Assembly (NCBI RefSeq): GCF_001194135.2
Contig: NC_068981.1
Location: 68,127,287 to 68,191,286, forward strand
Direction: 5' to 3'
DNA: 64,000 bases
Source of the DNA: Octopus bimaculoides
Lineage: Eukaryota
In this document: positions 1 through 11,857 of the stretch, piece after piece
Position numbering within the stretch: the first letter of the stretch is position 1
Layout: each line of letters opens with the position of its first letter
Program-made: the position numbers and the translations under genes
Notes under the pieces: model-generated
What the model saw: the letters and a program-made list of their open reading frames with translations, nothing else
What the model was told of the DNA's origin: nothing
Databases searched by the model: none

Positions 1-36
<36 letters not shown>

Positions 37-319
37 CACACACATACGAATATGTGTGTGAGTGTGTGTTAAAGCATTGCGGTTGCGAATATTTTGTAGC
101 TATATGACGGTGTACAGCACCACCTTCTCCATATTATGAGCATACTATAAATACGGAATAAAAATAAGAAACATGAGACAGATTTTTGTTTTTAGCAGTG
201 GCTAGTCCATATTTTATAATAACGTCCCTTGCTTATATCAACAAGGGATATGTAGCCACATACATCCAATCGCATGAATCGCCTCCAATTATGCGTTGGT
301 GTACTAGTTCATTTGAACT

Positions 320-1185
320 TAGTGATGCCTTTGGTAGACTTGACCAGCGTCTCTGGTTGCACCACGGCCTGTTTATCCGATTTAAAGTTAAAGCTTATAA
401 GAAATGTGTTCTGCCATCATTGCTCTATGCAAGTCAGATATGAGTAAATTATCATAAAAATCAGAAGCATTTTGAACGATTTCATCTATAGCCTTCGGAA
501 AATTATTCGGATAAAACTTGAGAATGGAGATTAGTGTTGTTGAGGTACTTGAGACAAGTAAGAGTGTAGCATCGATCGTTCTTCAAAGTCGTTTGCGGTG
601 GGAGTGAGAATGAATGACGAAAGCAAATTTTGTATGGTGAGCTGAAGGATTGTAAAAGGCGAGGACATAAACTTAAAATGAGTTTCAAAGACTATCTTAA
701 AACTGCTTAAACACAAACAGATATTTCAGATATTTGATTGGGAAAGTTGAGCACAACGTCGAAATAAATGGAGGAAAATGTTGCACAATAGTTGATCGAA
801 ATTTGCAACAGAGAATGAAGCAAGAGAGGATCAGGAGAAAGCTTAGAAAAAATGAACCAGCAGAAAATTAAGGAGTATTGACATCTACTTGTGAAAATAG
901 CAGAAGGCAATGCTGAAATGTGCAGGCCTGGTCAGCCATCAAAGAAGACACAGGAATAGACTCTTTGTAAATTATGATACAGGTATTGTTGAGAACAGAA
1001 TATGTGCAACTTGTAGAAAGGTGTGGCGTTAAGTTAAAGGATAAAAGGAACAGGCCAAACGATTCCATACTGTGGCACCGGTTCTTTCTGATAGCCAGGA
1101 CAACTGTGTGTTATGCAATAAAACGTGCAAGTCTTTGACGGAGCTCAAGAATCATATAGGGGCCTCACATTACTTTATTTATAAT
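320..1185 (+). mobile_element. RTE-clade LINE, decayed 3' part of ORF2 (post-RT region plus C-terminal C2H2-like fingers)
   Basis: Translation SDAFGRLDQRLWLHHGLFIRFKVKAYKKCVLPSLLYASQI*, then across stops and frameshifts ERFHL..LRKIIRIK, LQSRLRW, KQILYGELK..KRRGHKLKMSFKDYLK. This follows the RTE/BovB ORF2 pattern (AFGRL..RVW...TK..VY...VLP.LLYG.E.W; RLRW.GH; LYGEL..GKR). Confidence 0.75.
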
Positions 1186-1269
1186 TCTTAGATGTACGAG
1201 CATACACCGGTATGCATAAATATATATATGTATAGATATACACATGCACGCACGCGCACACGCATACAC

Positions 1270-1308
<39 letters not shown>

Positions 1309-2249
1309 TGTATACAATTTAACATACAAGATAATACATAGCGCAATGTAGAATTCAGTAGTAGTACATGCTTGGTGTAATAAATTTTGTGAAGAAAACT
1401 TCGCCTCATTTTAGTTGCATCGTGTGAAATGACATAAATATTCACTGGGGTTGGATTCCTGTATATCATAAATATATCGACAAAATATATTTGCGTCTGG
1501 TTATCACACCGACGTGCAGTAAACCGTGCAGAAATAAATGTACACACCACCTCAACAACACTTATATAATTGCACAATTTAATAGCCCTGCGTCTTCNNN
1601 NNNNNNNNNNNNNNNNNNNNNNNNNNNNNNNNNNNNNNNNNNNNNNNNNNNNNNNNNNNNNNNNNNNNNNNNNNNNNNNNNNNNNNNNNNNNNNNNNNNN
1701 NNNNNNNNNNNNNNNNNNNNNNNNNNNNNNNNNNNNNNNNNNNNNNNNNNNNNNNNNNNNNNNNNNNNNNNNNNNNNNNNNNNNNNNNNNNNNNNNNNNN
1801 NNNNNNNNNNNNNNNNNNNNNNNNNNNNNNNNNNNNNNNNNNNNNNNNNNNNNNNNNNNNNNNNNNNNNNNNNNNNNNNNNNNNNCACGTAAATGATTTA
1901 CAAAATTTTATCTCAGTACATAAGTTGATAAAATATGTAAGTTTAAACAATTAGATTTTATTTCAATCTGCATCTGCATTTTCACGATCGTAACACTGGG
2001 TTTCATACAACTAGGCATGGAAACGTATAGATTACAAGGTTGACTGTACCAATAACCATGCAAACATGTTCGAAAATCAACTATTCTACTCATTATTGCA
2101 TTGGCAAATTACAGTACACTGGCATAAAATATATAATACGTTTAATACAGTATTACAAGAGTATACTGAAGATAAATACACACAATTATATAGTTTTACA
2201 GCTGTTTTGAACCTTGACTATTTATTTCTTAGTATGACTATGTATCCCC

Positions 2250-2325
2250 TTGGGGAAGTGTTTTCAGATATAGCTCCGTGCCAGTCAAAATTTTTGAATG
2301 GATTTGGTAGACGAAAACTGAAAGA

Positions 2326-2378
<53 letters not shown>

Positions 2379-2610
2379 TTTATAGTGCGCGTGTTAGTGT
2401 GTGTCCGGCCCTCCACCGCTTTGCAACCATTGTTTGTCTATTTACATCCTCGTAACATAGTGGGTCGTCAAGAAAAACGGTCAGAATAATTACCAGAGGT
2501 TAGAAAATAAGAACTGAGAGTGATTTGTTCGACTAAGACACGTTCAGACTGCCTTAGCATGGTTGCATTCCAATGACTGCAACAAGCAAAAGGAAACATT
2601 AGTTCTCATG
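2250..2610 (+). mobile_element. Diverged copy of the major SINE family (internal TA/CA microsatellite)
   Basis: Contains tggatttggtagacgaaaactgaaagaa followed by (TA)n/(CA)n, as in the younger copy at 27385-27516. A tail resembling 34969-35260 follows. Confidence 0.5.
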
Positions 2611-3805
2611 GCAATATTAACTGCTAACTTGTTGAAATTATGATACCAACGTCGTGTACTTTAAGTACATATGGAATTCATATTACCTATTGCTTCAGCA
2701 AATACTTAACGTCTTCCATAAACAGTACATACCAAAGGAAGCTTCTAAAAATAAGCAAGAATATCTCTTAGATTGTATTAAATTTTTAATTCAACAGAAC
2801 TTCATATTTTCCATTTCAACGGTATATTCTAATTTGTCACTGTGTCAGGTGGTAGTGTTATATAATTGTATAACTATGCTGTCTTGATGATGAAACTTTG
2901 CAAAACATCTTCAAAATCATATGCATAATTTGGGATAAACTGCAAAACGATTTATACCTACACAATACAAAATTGTATATGAAGTTTAAAATAAATTGCA
3001 TCACTGTTTGCCTAAATCTACAGGTCCTGATATTCCTATTTTGCAAAGCACATAAATATTTCTCACCTGCGGTTTGAATGGCAAACGGAATGTTTAGTTT
3101 GACCTAAAAGAATGTTTGTGAAATTGCTACACATATTTTCATTCAAGTATTACAAACGAAAAGGTTCTTTCTTTAGATGAATTCAAATGCGGAGGACACA
3201 TCCATGCTTGTATCTATGTAGTTCTTACCCAGGTTGCTAGAACACTGATGAAGTTTTTGGAATTATTCATTCACCTCTACAGCTGTTTCATTTGCTCATA
3301 GGAGTTACAAAATCGTACATGTAAGAAAAACAGGTGAGATATTTCCTATTAGGAATTCTTCAGACAGAGAATCAAATAATATTTTGTCAACTTACGCTTT
3401 GAGAACATTTGATTCTAACCTTACATACATGTATATATACGAACATACATAGACACACGCTAAAACACACACATATAGATACACGCACACATTCACACAA
3501 ACACACACGCGCACAAGCATGCACACACACACATAAATATGCGTTCACGTATCTCTGTTTATGTCTTTGCATTTCACTCACTTGGATATAGTATCGAAAG
3601 ATTTAAATGAAAGCCAGGAAAACGATAAACTAATACAGCTGACACAAAAACATATTTTTGTTCAGTTGTCCCCGTCTTGCAGAGAAACTACAATATCGCA
3701 TACCATACAGTAATGCATGGAGTCATGACTTGCGATCGGAAACATATAACTAACAACGATATAGTACATAATACGTGATATAAATTGTGGCATCGATCAC
3801 GCATA

Positions 3806-3878
<73 letters not shown>

Positions 3879-5065
3879 GAATACGGTATATATGCGGGCG
3901 TTTGCTTGTCAGTATTTTAATTTCAATAGTGAATGTATAAATTGCATACTATTTTTTTTTGTTCTATTTGTTAATATTATCTCTAAAACTCATTTTCACT
4001 AAAATTCTGCGCACATGTAGATAACTCTCTTAAAAAAAATTGTTAATTGGTCTTTTATATTGAATAGCTTCCTTGTTTTTTGTTATCGAAATTAATATAT
4101 AAAAATATCAATCACACTTGGGTAATATCAGCATTTGCAACGATCAGTATGTAATCACTGAAAGAACTTTATAAACATATGTAAAGAACTAAGAATACTT
4201 ATTTAAGTATAATCCTTTGTTCATTCTTATCGTACTAAATTTTAAGGGAACCATCTGTTTCATATGACAAATATACGAAAGAAAATCATCGATTATTTCA
4301 ACAATAATAACAATGATGAATAAACATAAACGTGAACAACACATACACTTGTTCCGTTAACTTCAAACGAAATATTTTAAAAGAGGATAATATAGAACCA
4401 AATATATATTTACACACAAAAAATATATACTCGAGAATGAATGAATGTAGGCGTATGTATGTGTGCGTTCGTATTAGTAGAGGGGTCGTTTGCATCTGCG
4501 GGCCTGTATTATTTCTGTGTGTATCCGTCTGCGTACACAATATGTAGATTATATAAATATATATGTGTGTATGTGCGTATATGTAAGTGTGTGTGTGCGA
4601 GTTTGTGTGTATGCATATATGTATATATGTATTATCTGGATATACTTAGACATAATAGAAATATTCGCTCCTGTCTATAAAGAGACACATATGCATATTA
4701 TATATCTAAATATATTGCAAGCAATTCCAATTTAGGTAAAACGCCAGCATTTTAATCAGTTCGACCTACGTGGTACTATATTGTACGGGTCTGAGAGTGA
4801 TAAGAGTTACAGTTCACTATGATTCGATATTTAACACGCCACTTAAGCACCCCCCCCCCNNNNNNNNNNNNNNNNNNNNNNNNNNNNNNNNNNNNNNNNN
4901 NNNNNNNNNNNNNNNNNNNNNNNNNNNNNNNNNNNNNCGCGATCACATACCGGGATAGGTGCGTATATATATGTACACCCCCATGTATATATATATATAT
5001 ATATATATATACCTGTGTCATCTATCTATCTATCTATCTATCTGTCTATATATATATATATATAA

Positions 5066-6653
5066 GCTACAGACATAATTATCAAAGTCCCCTCACCTGA
5101 TAACCTGAAACTAAGACCAATAATAGCAGGTCCAGCATGTGAAACCCACCGTCTCAGCAGCTTCTTGGAAATTCTACTGAAACCCTTCCTAAAACACATC
5201 AAGAGCTTTATAAGGGATGACCTGGACATGCTAAACCACCTCCCAAAAACGGTCAATGAAAAAACACTACGAGTATCCTTCAACGTAGTCAACCTATATT
5301 CAAACATCCCCCACACTTTAGGAAGAGAAGCTATCACTTTCTGGTTAGACATTTACACATATGAACTCCCCTCTCGCATTTAAAAAAGAACTTATAATAG
5401 AAGGACTTAGATTTATTCTAAAAAAAATATTATTTTATATTTAACAGCGAATACTTCCAACAAAAATCGGGAACTGCAATGGGAACACGGACTGCGCCTA
5501 TTTTTGCGAACCTAGTAATGGGCTATCTCGAGATTAACCTATACCAGAGAACACTCGAGAAATATGGAAGCTCCTTTTCCACATACATACAAAACAGCTG
5601 GAAAAGATATCTCGATGACTGTTTCATCCTCTGGAATGAAAGTATAGAAAAGCTCAACGAATTCCAAACACTTCTAAACGGAATAAACGAAAGCCTCCAG
5701 TTTACGATGGAATACAACAACCAACAACTACCGTTCTTAGATATCCTCATAAAGAAAGTCGGAAACAAGATAGAGACAGACATCTATTATAAACCCACTG
5801 ACTTGAAACAGTACCTACCATTTGATTCTTGCCACCCGAGACACACCAGGACCAATATCCCATTTTGTTTATCCAAAAGAATATGTACTATAGTATCAGA
5901 TTCAGGCACCCGTTACATACGACTCCAGGAATTGAAATCGACACTCATAAATAGAAACTATCCACAGCCCTTAATCGAAAATACGATCAAAAGAGTACTT
6001 CAATTAAATACACAAGAGCTTAGACAACCAAGACCCAAGAAGGAAGAAAAATTAAAAACCCTGCCTTACATCTCCACACACAGCCCACACAACAGTGAGG
6101 CCTTCAACAACATACTCCACAGCACAGCTCTACTCAAGAAAGACCAAAAAATGAACCAAATCCTCAAAACACATACAATCGTCAAAAGTAAGAGGCAACC
6201 AAAATCAATGAAAAAGATTACTCAACAATAACCACTAAACCTACAGTAAAACAATGCGGAAGACCCAGCTGTGGGATTTGTGTCAACGTAATAGAAGGAT
6301 CAGAACATCGATTAGAACAAGGTCATAATTTCACAGTAAAAACTAAATTTACATGTGCATCGGATAACTTGATCTACCTAATTACATGCTCTGGATGCAG
6401 ACGGCAATATATTGGACACACTAAAAACAGCATACGTCAGAGGATGGCGGTACACAAATCCCAAATTAGGATCTCAGAAAACAGGAAAATACCTCTCAGC
6501 CAGCACATCGACGAATGTGCTTACAACAAATTTCCCAAATTCACAACGTTTCCTCTATACAAATTCAACGACAATGCTAGCCAAAATGAACGCATTAGCA
6601 AAGAAATATTTTTTATAAGAAAATACCGACCAAGTCTAAATTCTCTAAACTAG
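5066..6653 (+). mobile_element. Penelope-like retroelement (RT + C-terminal GIY-YIG endonuclease), 5'-truncated, few stops/frameshifts
   Basis: RT motifs LKLRPIIAGPACETHRLS, SFNVVNLYSNIPH, QQKSGTAMGTRTAPIFANLVMGYLE, WKRYLDDCF, LPFLDILI and YYKPTDLKQYLPFDSCHPRH. After a frameshift near 6230: KQCGRPSCGICVNV...KFTCASDNLIYLITCSGCRRQYIGHTKNSIRQRMAVHKSQI (IYLITC..C...YIG.T = GIY-YIG). Confidence 0.92.
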
Positions 6654-7974
6654 CAACACTGAAACTTTCATATATATTTGAATATTTTTATACGAATATT
6701 TGCAAGTTATTCATAAGNNNNNNNNNNNNNNNNNNNNNNNNNNNNNNNNNNNNNNNNNNNNNNNNNNNNNNNNNNNNNNNNNNNNNNNNNNNNNNNNNNN
6801 NNNNNNNNNNNNNNNNNNNNNNNNNNNNNNNNNNNNNNNNNNNNNNNNNNNNNNNNNNNNNNNNNNNNNNNNNNNNNNNNNNNNNNNNNNNNNNNNNNNN
6901 NNNNNNNNNNNNNNNNNNNNNNNNNNNNNNNNNNNNNNNNNNNNNNNNNNNNNNNNNNNNNNNNNNNNNNNNNNNNNNNNNNNNNNNNNNNNNNNNNNNN
7001 NNNNNNNNNNNNNNNNNNNNNNNNNNNNNNNNNNNNNNNNNNNNNNNNNNNNNNNNNNNNNNNNNNNNNNNNNNNNNNNNNNNNNNNNNNNNNNNNNNNN
7101 NNNNNNNNNNNNNNNNNNNNNNNNNNNNNNNNNNNNNNNNNNNNNNNNNNNNNNNNNNNNNNNNNNNNNNNNNNNNNNNNNNNNNNNNNNNNNNNNNNNN
7201 NNNNNNNNNNNNNNNNNNNNNNNNNNNNNNNNNNNNNNNNNNNNNNNNNNNNNNNNNNNNNNNNNNNNNNNNNNNNNNNNNNNNNNNNNNNNNNNNNNNN
7301 NNNNNNNNNNNNNNNNNNNNNNNNNNNNNNNNNNNNNNNNNNNNNNNNNNNNNNNNNNNNNNNNNNNNNNNNNNNNNNNNNNNNNNNNNNNNNNNNNNNN
7401 NNNNNNNNNNNNNNNNNNNNNNNNNNNNNNNNNNNNNNNNNNNNNNNNNNNNNNNNNNNNNNNNNNNNNNNNTATATATATACATATATATACACACACA
7501 AACAGACACACACACATATATTTACATGCAGCTAAATATACGTCCGGTTATAGAGTGACGAATGATTTCGTATCCATAAAGAACTTAACTTTATAGATGA
7601 CGCGTATGACTCTTATGGTGGTGGGCATGTAATATATCTTGTAACTAGATGTTGGAAACCGTTACTGTCAGTTAATTTGTAAATAAAGGAGTATATACGC
7701 TGTTTAAGCTTTAAACAGGCCATGTCGGAATGACAAGCCAGATGGACATAAAATGTGCTAAAGGGAATCTCTGCCCTTAGGCTCTCTCCAGTCTACAACA
7801 ACTTTTTAAGGTTCCGAAAAGACGTTACACACGTATATGCACAAATTTTCAGTTGCTGCGGTTAAAACACCTATAAAGAACATACAATTTAGTTTTCGAA
7901 GCTATATCAGCAAAAAAAAAATGCTACACATGAAATTTAATAAAAATGATAATAATAATAATAATAATAATAAT

Positions 7975-8370
7975 TCTTTCTACTATAGGCACAAGGTCTG
8001 CAATGTGGAGGAGGGGACAAGTCGATTACATCAACCCCAGTGCGAAATTGGTATTTAATCGACCTCGAAAGGATGAAACGCAAAGCCAACCTTGGCAGAA
8101 TTTGAACTCAGAACGTTTCGACAGATCATTGACCGCGAAATATTTCTTCCAGCGAGCTAACGATTCTGCTAGCTGACCGCCTTAATAATAATTCTTCGTA
8201 CTATAGGCACATGACCTGAAAGTTTGCGGAGGGACTAGACGATCACATTGATACCAGTGTGCAACTGGTACTTATTGCCTCGACCGCGAAAGGATGAAAG
8301 GCAAATTCGAACTCGGCGAAATTTGAATTTATAACGATGGTGCCAGATCGCCGCGTGAATAATTTTAATA
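7975..8370 (+). mobile_element. Two tandem copies of a ~200-bp (TAA)-tailed SINE-like repeat
   Basis: Unit ttctactataggcacaagg...gtcgattacatc..ccccagtg...cgaaaggatgaaa.gcaaa...ggc.gaatttgaactcagaacg...gctaacgattctg..ccgccttaataat occurs twice; the second copy is more degraded at its 3' end. The same unit occurs at 26.1, 52.0 and 61.3 kb. Confidence 0.7.
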
Positions 8371-8481
8371 GTATGACGTTTGTGGGTAACGAAGATAGTA
8401 GACGTGACACGAACAATAATTGGCGCCCTTGGAAGTATCGCTCAGCTAACAATGTAGCTCAAAATTATTAGTAATAATGGA

Positions 8482-8655
8482 AAGTTAGAACAGCTACAAA
8501 AATCGTTGTTACTTGGAAGATCAAGTTTTGTTCGCAGGGTTCTTGAATAATTATCAGTAAATAAGTTTCATCTTTGTCTGATGGCTGTGGACAGCTAAAA
8601 CTTTCCATAATAACTAGCTAAATAAGCTGAGAAATTTAGAGATTTCATCAAATGA
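8482..8655 (+). mobile_element. R4/Dong-clade LINE, extreme 3' end
   Basis: KLEQLQKSLLLGRSSFVRRVLE* (8482-8550) matches the R4/Dong C-terminus (QK..LLGTA.I.R.VL). A short 3' UTR and a (TAA)n run follow. Confidence 0.55.
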
Positions 8656-8669
8656 TAATGATGATAATA

Positions 8670-8708
<39 letters not shown>

Positions 8709-8711
<3 letters not shown>

Positions 8712-9900
8712 AAAAACAGAGCTCAATGCTAAAAACAAGATAATGGGTATCAACACTTTAGCTGTCCCAGTTATAAGCTACAGCTACAACATCCTTAACT
8801 GGACACTAAACGAACTATGTAAAATAGACAGGAAAACAAGAAAAATAATGACAGGATATAGGATGCACCNNNNNNNNNNNNNNNNNNNNNNNNNNNNNNN
8901 NNNNNNNNNNNNNNNNNNNNNNNNNNNNNNNNNNNNNNNNNNNNNNNNNNNNNNNNNNNNNNNNNNNNNNNNNNNNNNNNNNNNNNNNNNNNNNNNNNNN
9001 NNNNNNNNNNNNNNNNNNNNNNNNNNNNNNNNNNNNNNNNNNNNNNNNNNNNNNNNNNNNNNNNNNNNNNNNNNNNNNNNNNNNNNNNNNNNNNNNNNNN
9101 NNNNNNNNNNNNNNNNNNNNNNNNNNNNNNNNNNNNNNNNNNNNNNNNNNNNNNNNNNNNNNNNNNNNNNNNNNNNNNNNNNNNNNNNNNNNNNNNNNNN
9201 NNNNNNNNNNNNNNNNNNNNNNNNNNNNNNNNNNNNNNNNNNNNNNNNNNNNNNNNNNNNNNNNNNNNNNNNNNNNNNNNNNNNNNNNNNNNNNNNNNNN
9301 NNNNNNNNNNNNNNNNNNNNNNNNNNNNNNNNNNNNNNNNNNNNNNNNNNNNNNNNNNNNNNNNNNNNNNNNNNNNNNNNNNNNNNNNNNNNNNNNNNNN
9401 NNNNNNNNNNNNNNNNNNNNNNNNNNNNNNNNNNNNNNNNNNNNNNNNNNNNNNNNNNNNNNNNNNNNNNNNNNNNNNNNNNNNNNNNNNNNNNNNNNNN
9501 NNNNNNNNNNNNNNNNNNNNNNNNNNNNNNNNNNNNNNNNNNNNNNNNNNNNNNNNNNNNNNNNNNNNNNNNNNNNNNNNNNNNNNNNNNNNNNNNNNNN
9601 NNNNNNNNNNNNNNNNNNNNNNNNNNNNNNNNNNNNNNNNNNNNNNNNNNNNNNNNNNNNNNNNNNNNNNNNNNNNNNNNNNNNNNNNNNNNNNNNNNNN
9701 NNNNNNNNNNNNNNNNNNNNNNNNNNNNNNNNNNNNNNNNNNNNNNNNNNNNNNNNNNNNNNNNNNNNNNNNNNNNNNNNNNNNNNNNNNNNNNNNNNNN
9801 NNNNNNNNNNCTACATGAACTTCTAACTTGTTGTCTCTTGAGGTCTCTGGGTGAGACTTGGATCCAACTTGTACAAATGCAAAACAAAAGTCAAACATAA
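8709..9900 (+). mobile_element. R4/Dong-clade LINE, 5'-truncated copy spanning an N-gap
   Basis: Starts directly after (TAA)n with LKTELNAKNKIMGINTLAVPVISYSYNILNWTLNELCKIDRKTRKIMTGYRMH, a close paralog of 10255-10415. The sequence after the gap (9811-9900) ends in a (TAA)n tail; its assignment to the same copy is inferred. Confidence 0.65.
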
Positions 9901-9917
9901 AATGATAATAATAATAA

Positions 9918-11240
9918 TGTTACGGCAAGAACAATCAGCCACCCTTTACATATGTTTGACCTAAAACTATACGCTACAAATGATAAACAGCTGGAAACAC
10001 TACTACACACAATACATGGATTTTTCAAAGAAATACATATGAAATTTGGATTAGAAAAATGTGGCAAAGCAACCCCGAAAAGAGGAAAACTTATTAAGAG
10101 TAGCAACATTACACTAGATAAAGCCAATGAAATAAGAGAATTAGACCAAAGCCAGACATACAAATATTTAGGAATCAATGAACTAGATAGGATACAACAC
10201 ACACAAATGAAAGAGAAAATAAAGAAAGAATACTATAGAGGAGTTAGTTCAATACTGAAAAGAGAGTTCAGTGCTAAAAACAAGATAATAGGCATTAACA
10301 CTTTAGCCGTCCCAGTTATAAGTTAAAGCTACAATATCCTTAACTGGACACTAAAATAACTAACGAAAATAGACAGGAAAACAAGAAAAATAATGATAGG
10401 ATCTAGGATGCACCACCTAAAATCTGACATAGAAAGGCTATATATACAAAGTACAGATGGTGGTAGAGGCCTTATGCAGCTGGAAAACTTTTATAAAATA
10501 ACCACCATAGGACTGCAAAACTACCTACTTTAGAAGCATGGAAAACTAATACAAATAGCAACAAAACACGAGCAAAACAAAAAAAACTGTTTTCAGTATA
10601 TCAGGAAGTAGACAAATACACACAGGAAAGCATACTACCTAATAAAGAAGAAGAAGAAGAAGAAGAAGAAGAAGAAGAAGAAGAAGAAGAAGAAGAAGAA
10701 GAAGAAGAAGAAGAAGAAGAAGAAGAAGAAGAAACAACAAAGGCTATAAAACAAATGAAATCCAAACTAAAACTAAAACAGCAACGGACCATGATAAAAC
10801 GATAGCAAGAAAAAACACCTTCATGGCAAATACTGGGCTAAACTAAATGCAAAAGAAATAGACAGAGAAAAATCCCAGCAATGGTTGAGAAGCTCATGAC
10901 TCAAATCAGAGACTGAAGGATTTTTAATTGCTGCACAAGACCAAAGCCAACACAGTAGAAAATACCAAAAAAACATATAAGGAAAAGTAACATAAGTAAC
11001 TGCAGAATATGTGGCGATGGACAAGAAAGAAAGAAAAAAAACATATTACCTCAGGCTGCTCAAGCCTGGCTTAGAAGGAATATATTCACAGACACGACAG
11101 AGCTGTGTGGCCTACATACACTGGAAGCTATGCCAACACTATGGAATAACAAGAGAAAATGATGGTATAGGCTCACGCCAGAAATGGTCACAGAAAACGA
11201 GCAAGCAACCATACTCTGGGATATACCAATACACACAGAT
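9918..11240 (+). mobile_element. R4/Dong-clade LINE fragment (RT end, thumb, CCHC knuckle, start of REL endonuclease)
   Basis: HMFDLKLYATND (the YMDDLKL site), MKFGLEKCGK, YKYLGI, INTLAVPVIS, GGRGLMQLE, FLIAAQDQ, a C..C knuckle region, RHDRAVWPT/YIHWKLCQHYG and TILWDIPIHTDR (WD..I.TD of REL). Confidence 0.87.
10647..10733 (+). repeat. Perfect (GAA)29 microsatellite inside the Dong LINE coding region
   Basis: Counted directly: 87 bp of uninterrupted GAA. Confidence 0.95.
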
Positions 11241-11289
11241 AGAGAAAATAGTGTTATTATGTACATTATTTTGTCTTGGTATAATAGAT

Positions 11290-11857
11290 GGGCTCCAACA
11301 AATATCCTCCTCAATACCACAGAATTGCTTGTTAGTTGTTTGACCATAACCAGTTGAACGTGAACGATATTCGAAGTAGACCTTACAGTGGTTTCAGCAT
11401 GATGGAACAATTCTAAAACCGCAAGAGAAACAATGCAGTTTTTCTGAGAGAAAATAATCTCCTACACGGTAATTTCAACTGGCCTTCCGTTTTCTATACC
11501 TGACTAGCCCAGATATTTTCTTGTGGGGATACCTGAAATAGAGTGTTGATGTCAGCAAACCGGAGACTTTAGGGCAACTGATGAGAATATCAATAAATAA
11601 AGGAGAACAGGTGGGTCTGAACCTCTTGAGGGTGTTATGGTGCACGTTTTGGAAAGAGCAAGGGCGTGCGAAGCCAAAAATTGGTGCCATCTAAGCGATG
11701 TCATTTTTGATATGTGATGTAGTGCTGTTGCAAACTCTGACTGCTGCATAATTTCCATTATGTCCTTTATAATGCATCAACATTTCATGAATCTATTTGT
11801 AAAGTTAAGGATTTATTAAAATTTGAAACCCAACAGTGACTTTTGGGACACCCAATA
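11290..11857 (+). mobile_element. Tc1/mariner-superfamily transposase 3' remnant with right TIR
   Basis: WFQHDGT...FNWPS.S(I)PD..PDIFLWGYLK*..SKPETLGQL...ARACEAKNWCHLSDVIF matches WFQQDGA...WPPRSPDL.P.DFFLWGYLK. It ends in cttttgggacacccaaTA, a TIR-like terminus (reverse complement ...GGGTGTCCCAAAA) plus TA. Confidence 0.7.

Noticed and set aside
3068-3270. Two minus-strand exon-like pieces (MNNSKNFISVLATW | VKLNIPFAIQTA)
   Set aside because: Splice sites are canonical, but no homology is recognised. The region overlaps a probable PLE/hammerhead relic, and equally good plus-strand sites exist.
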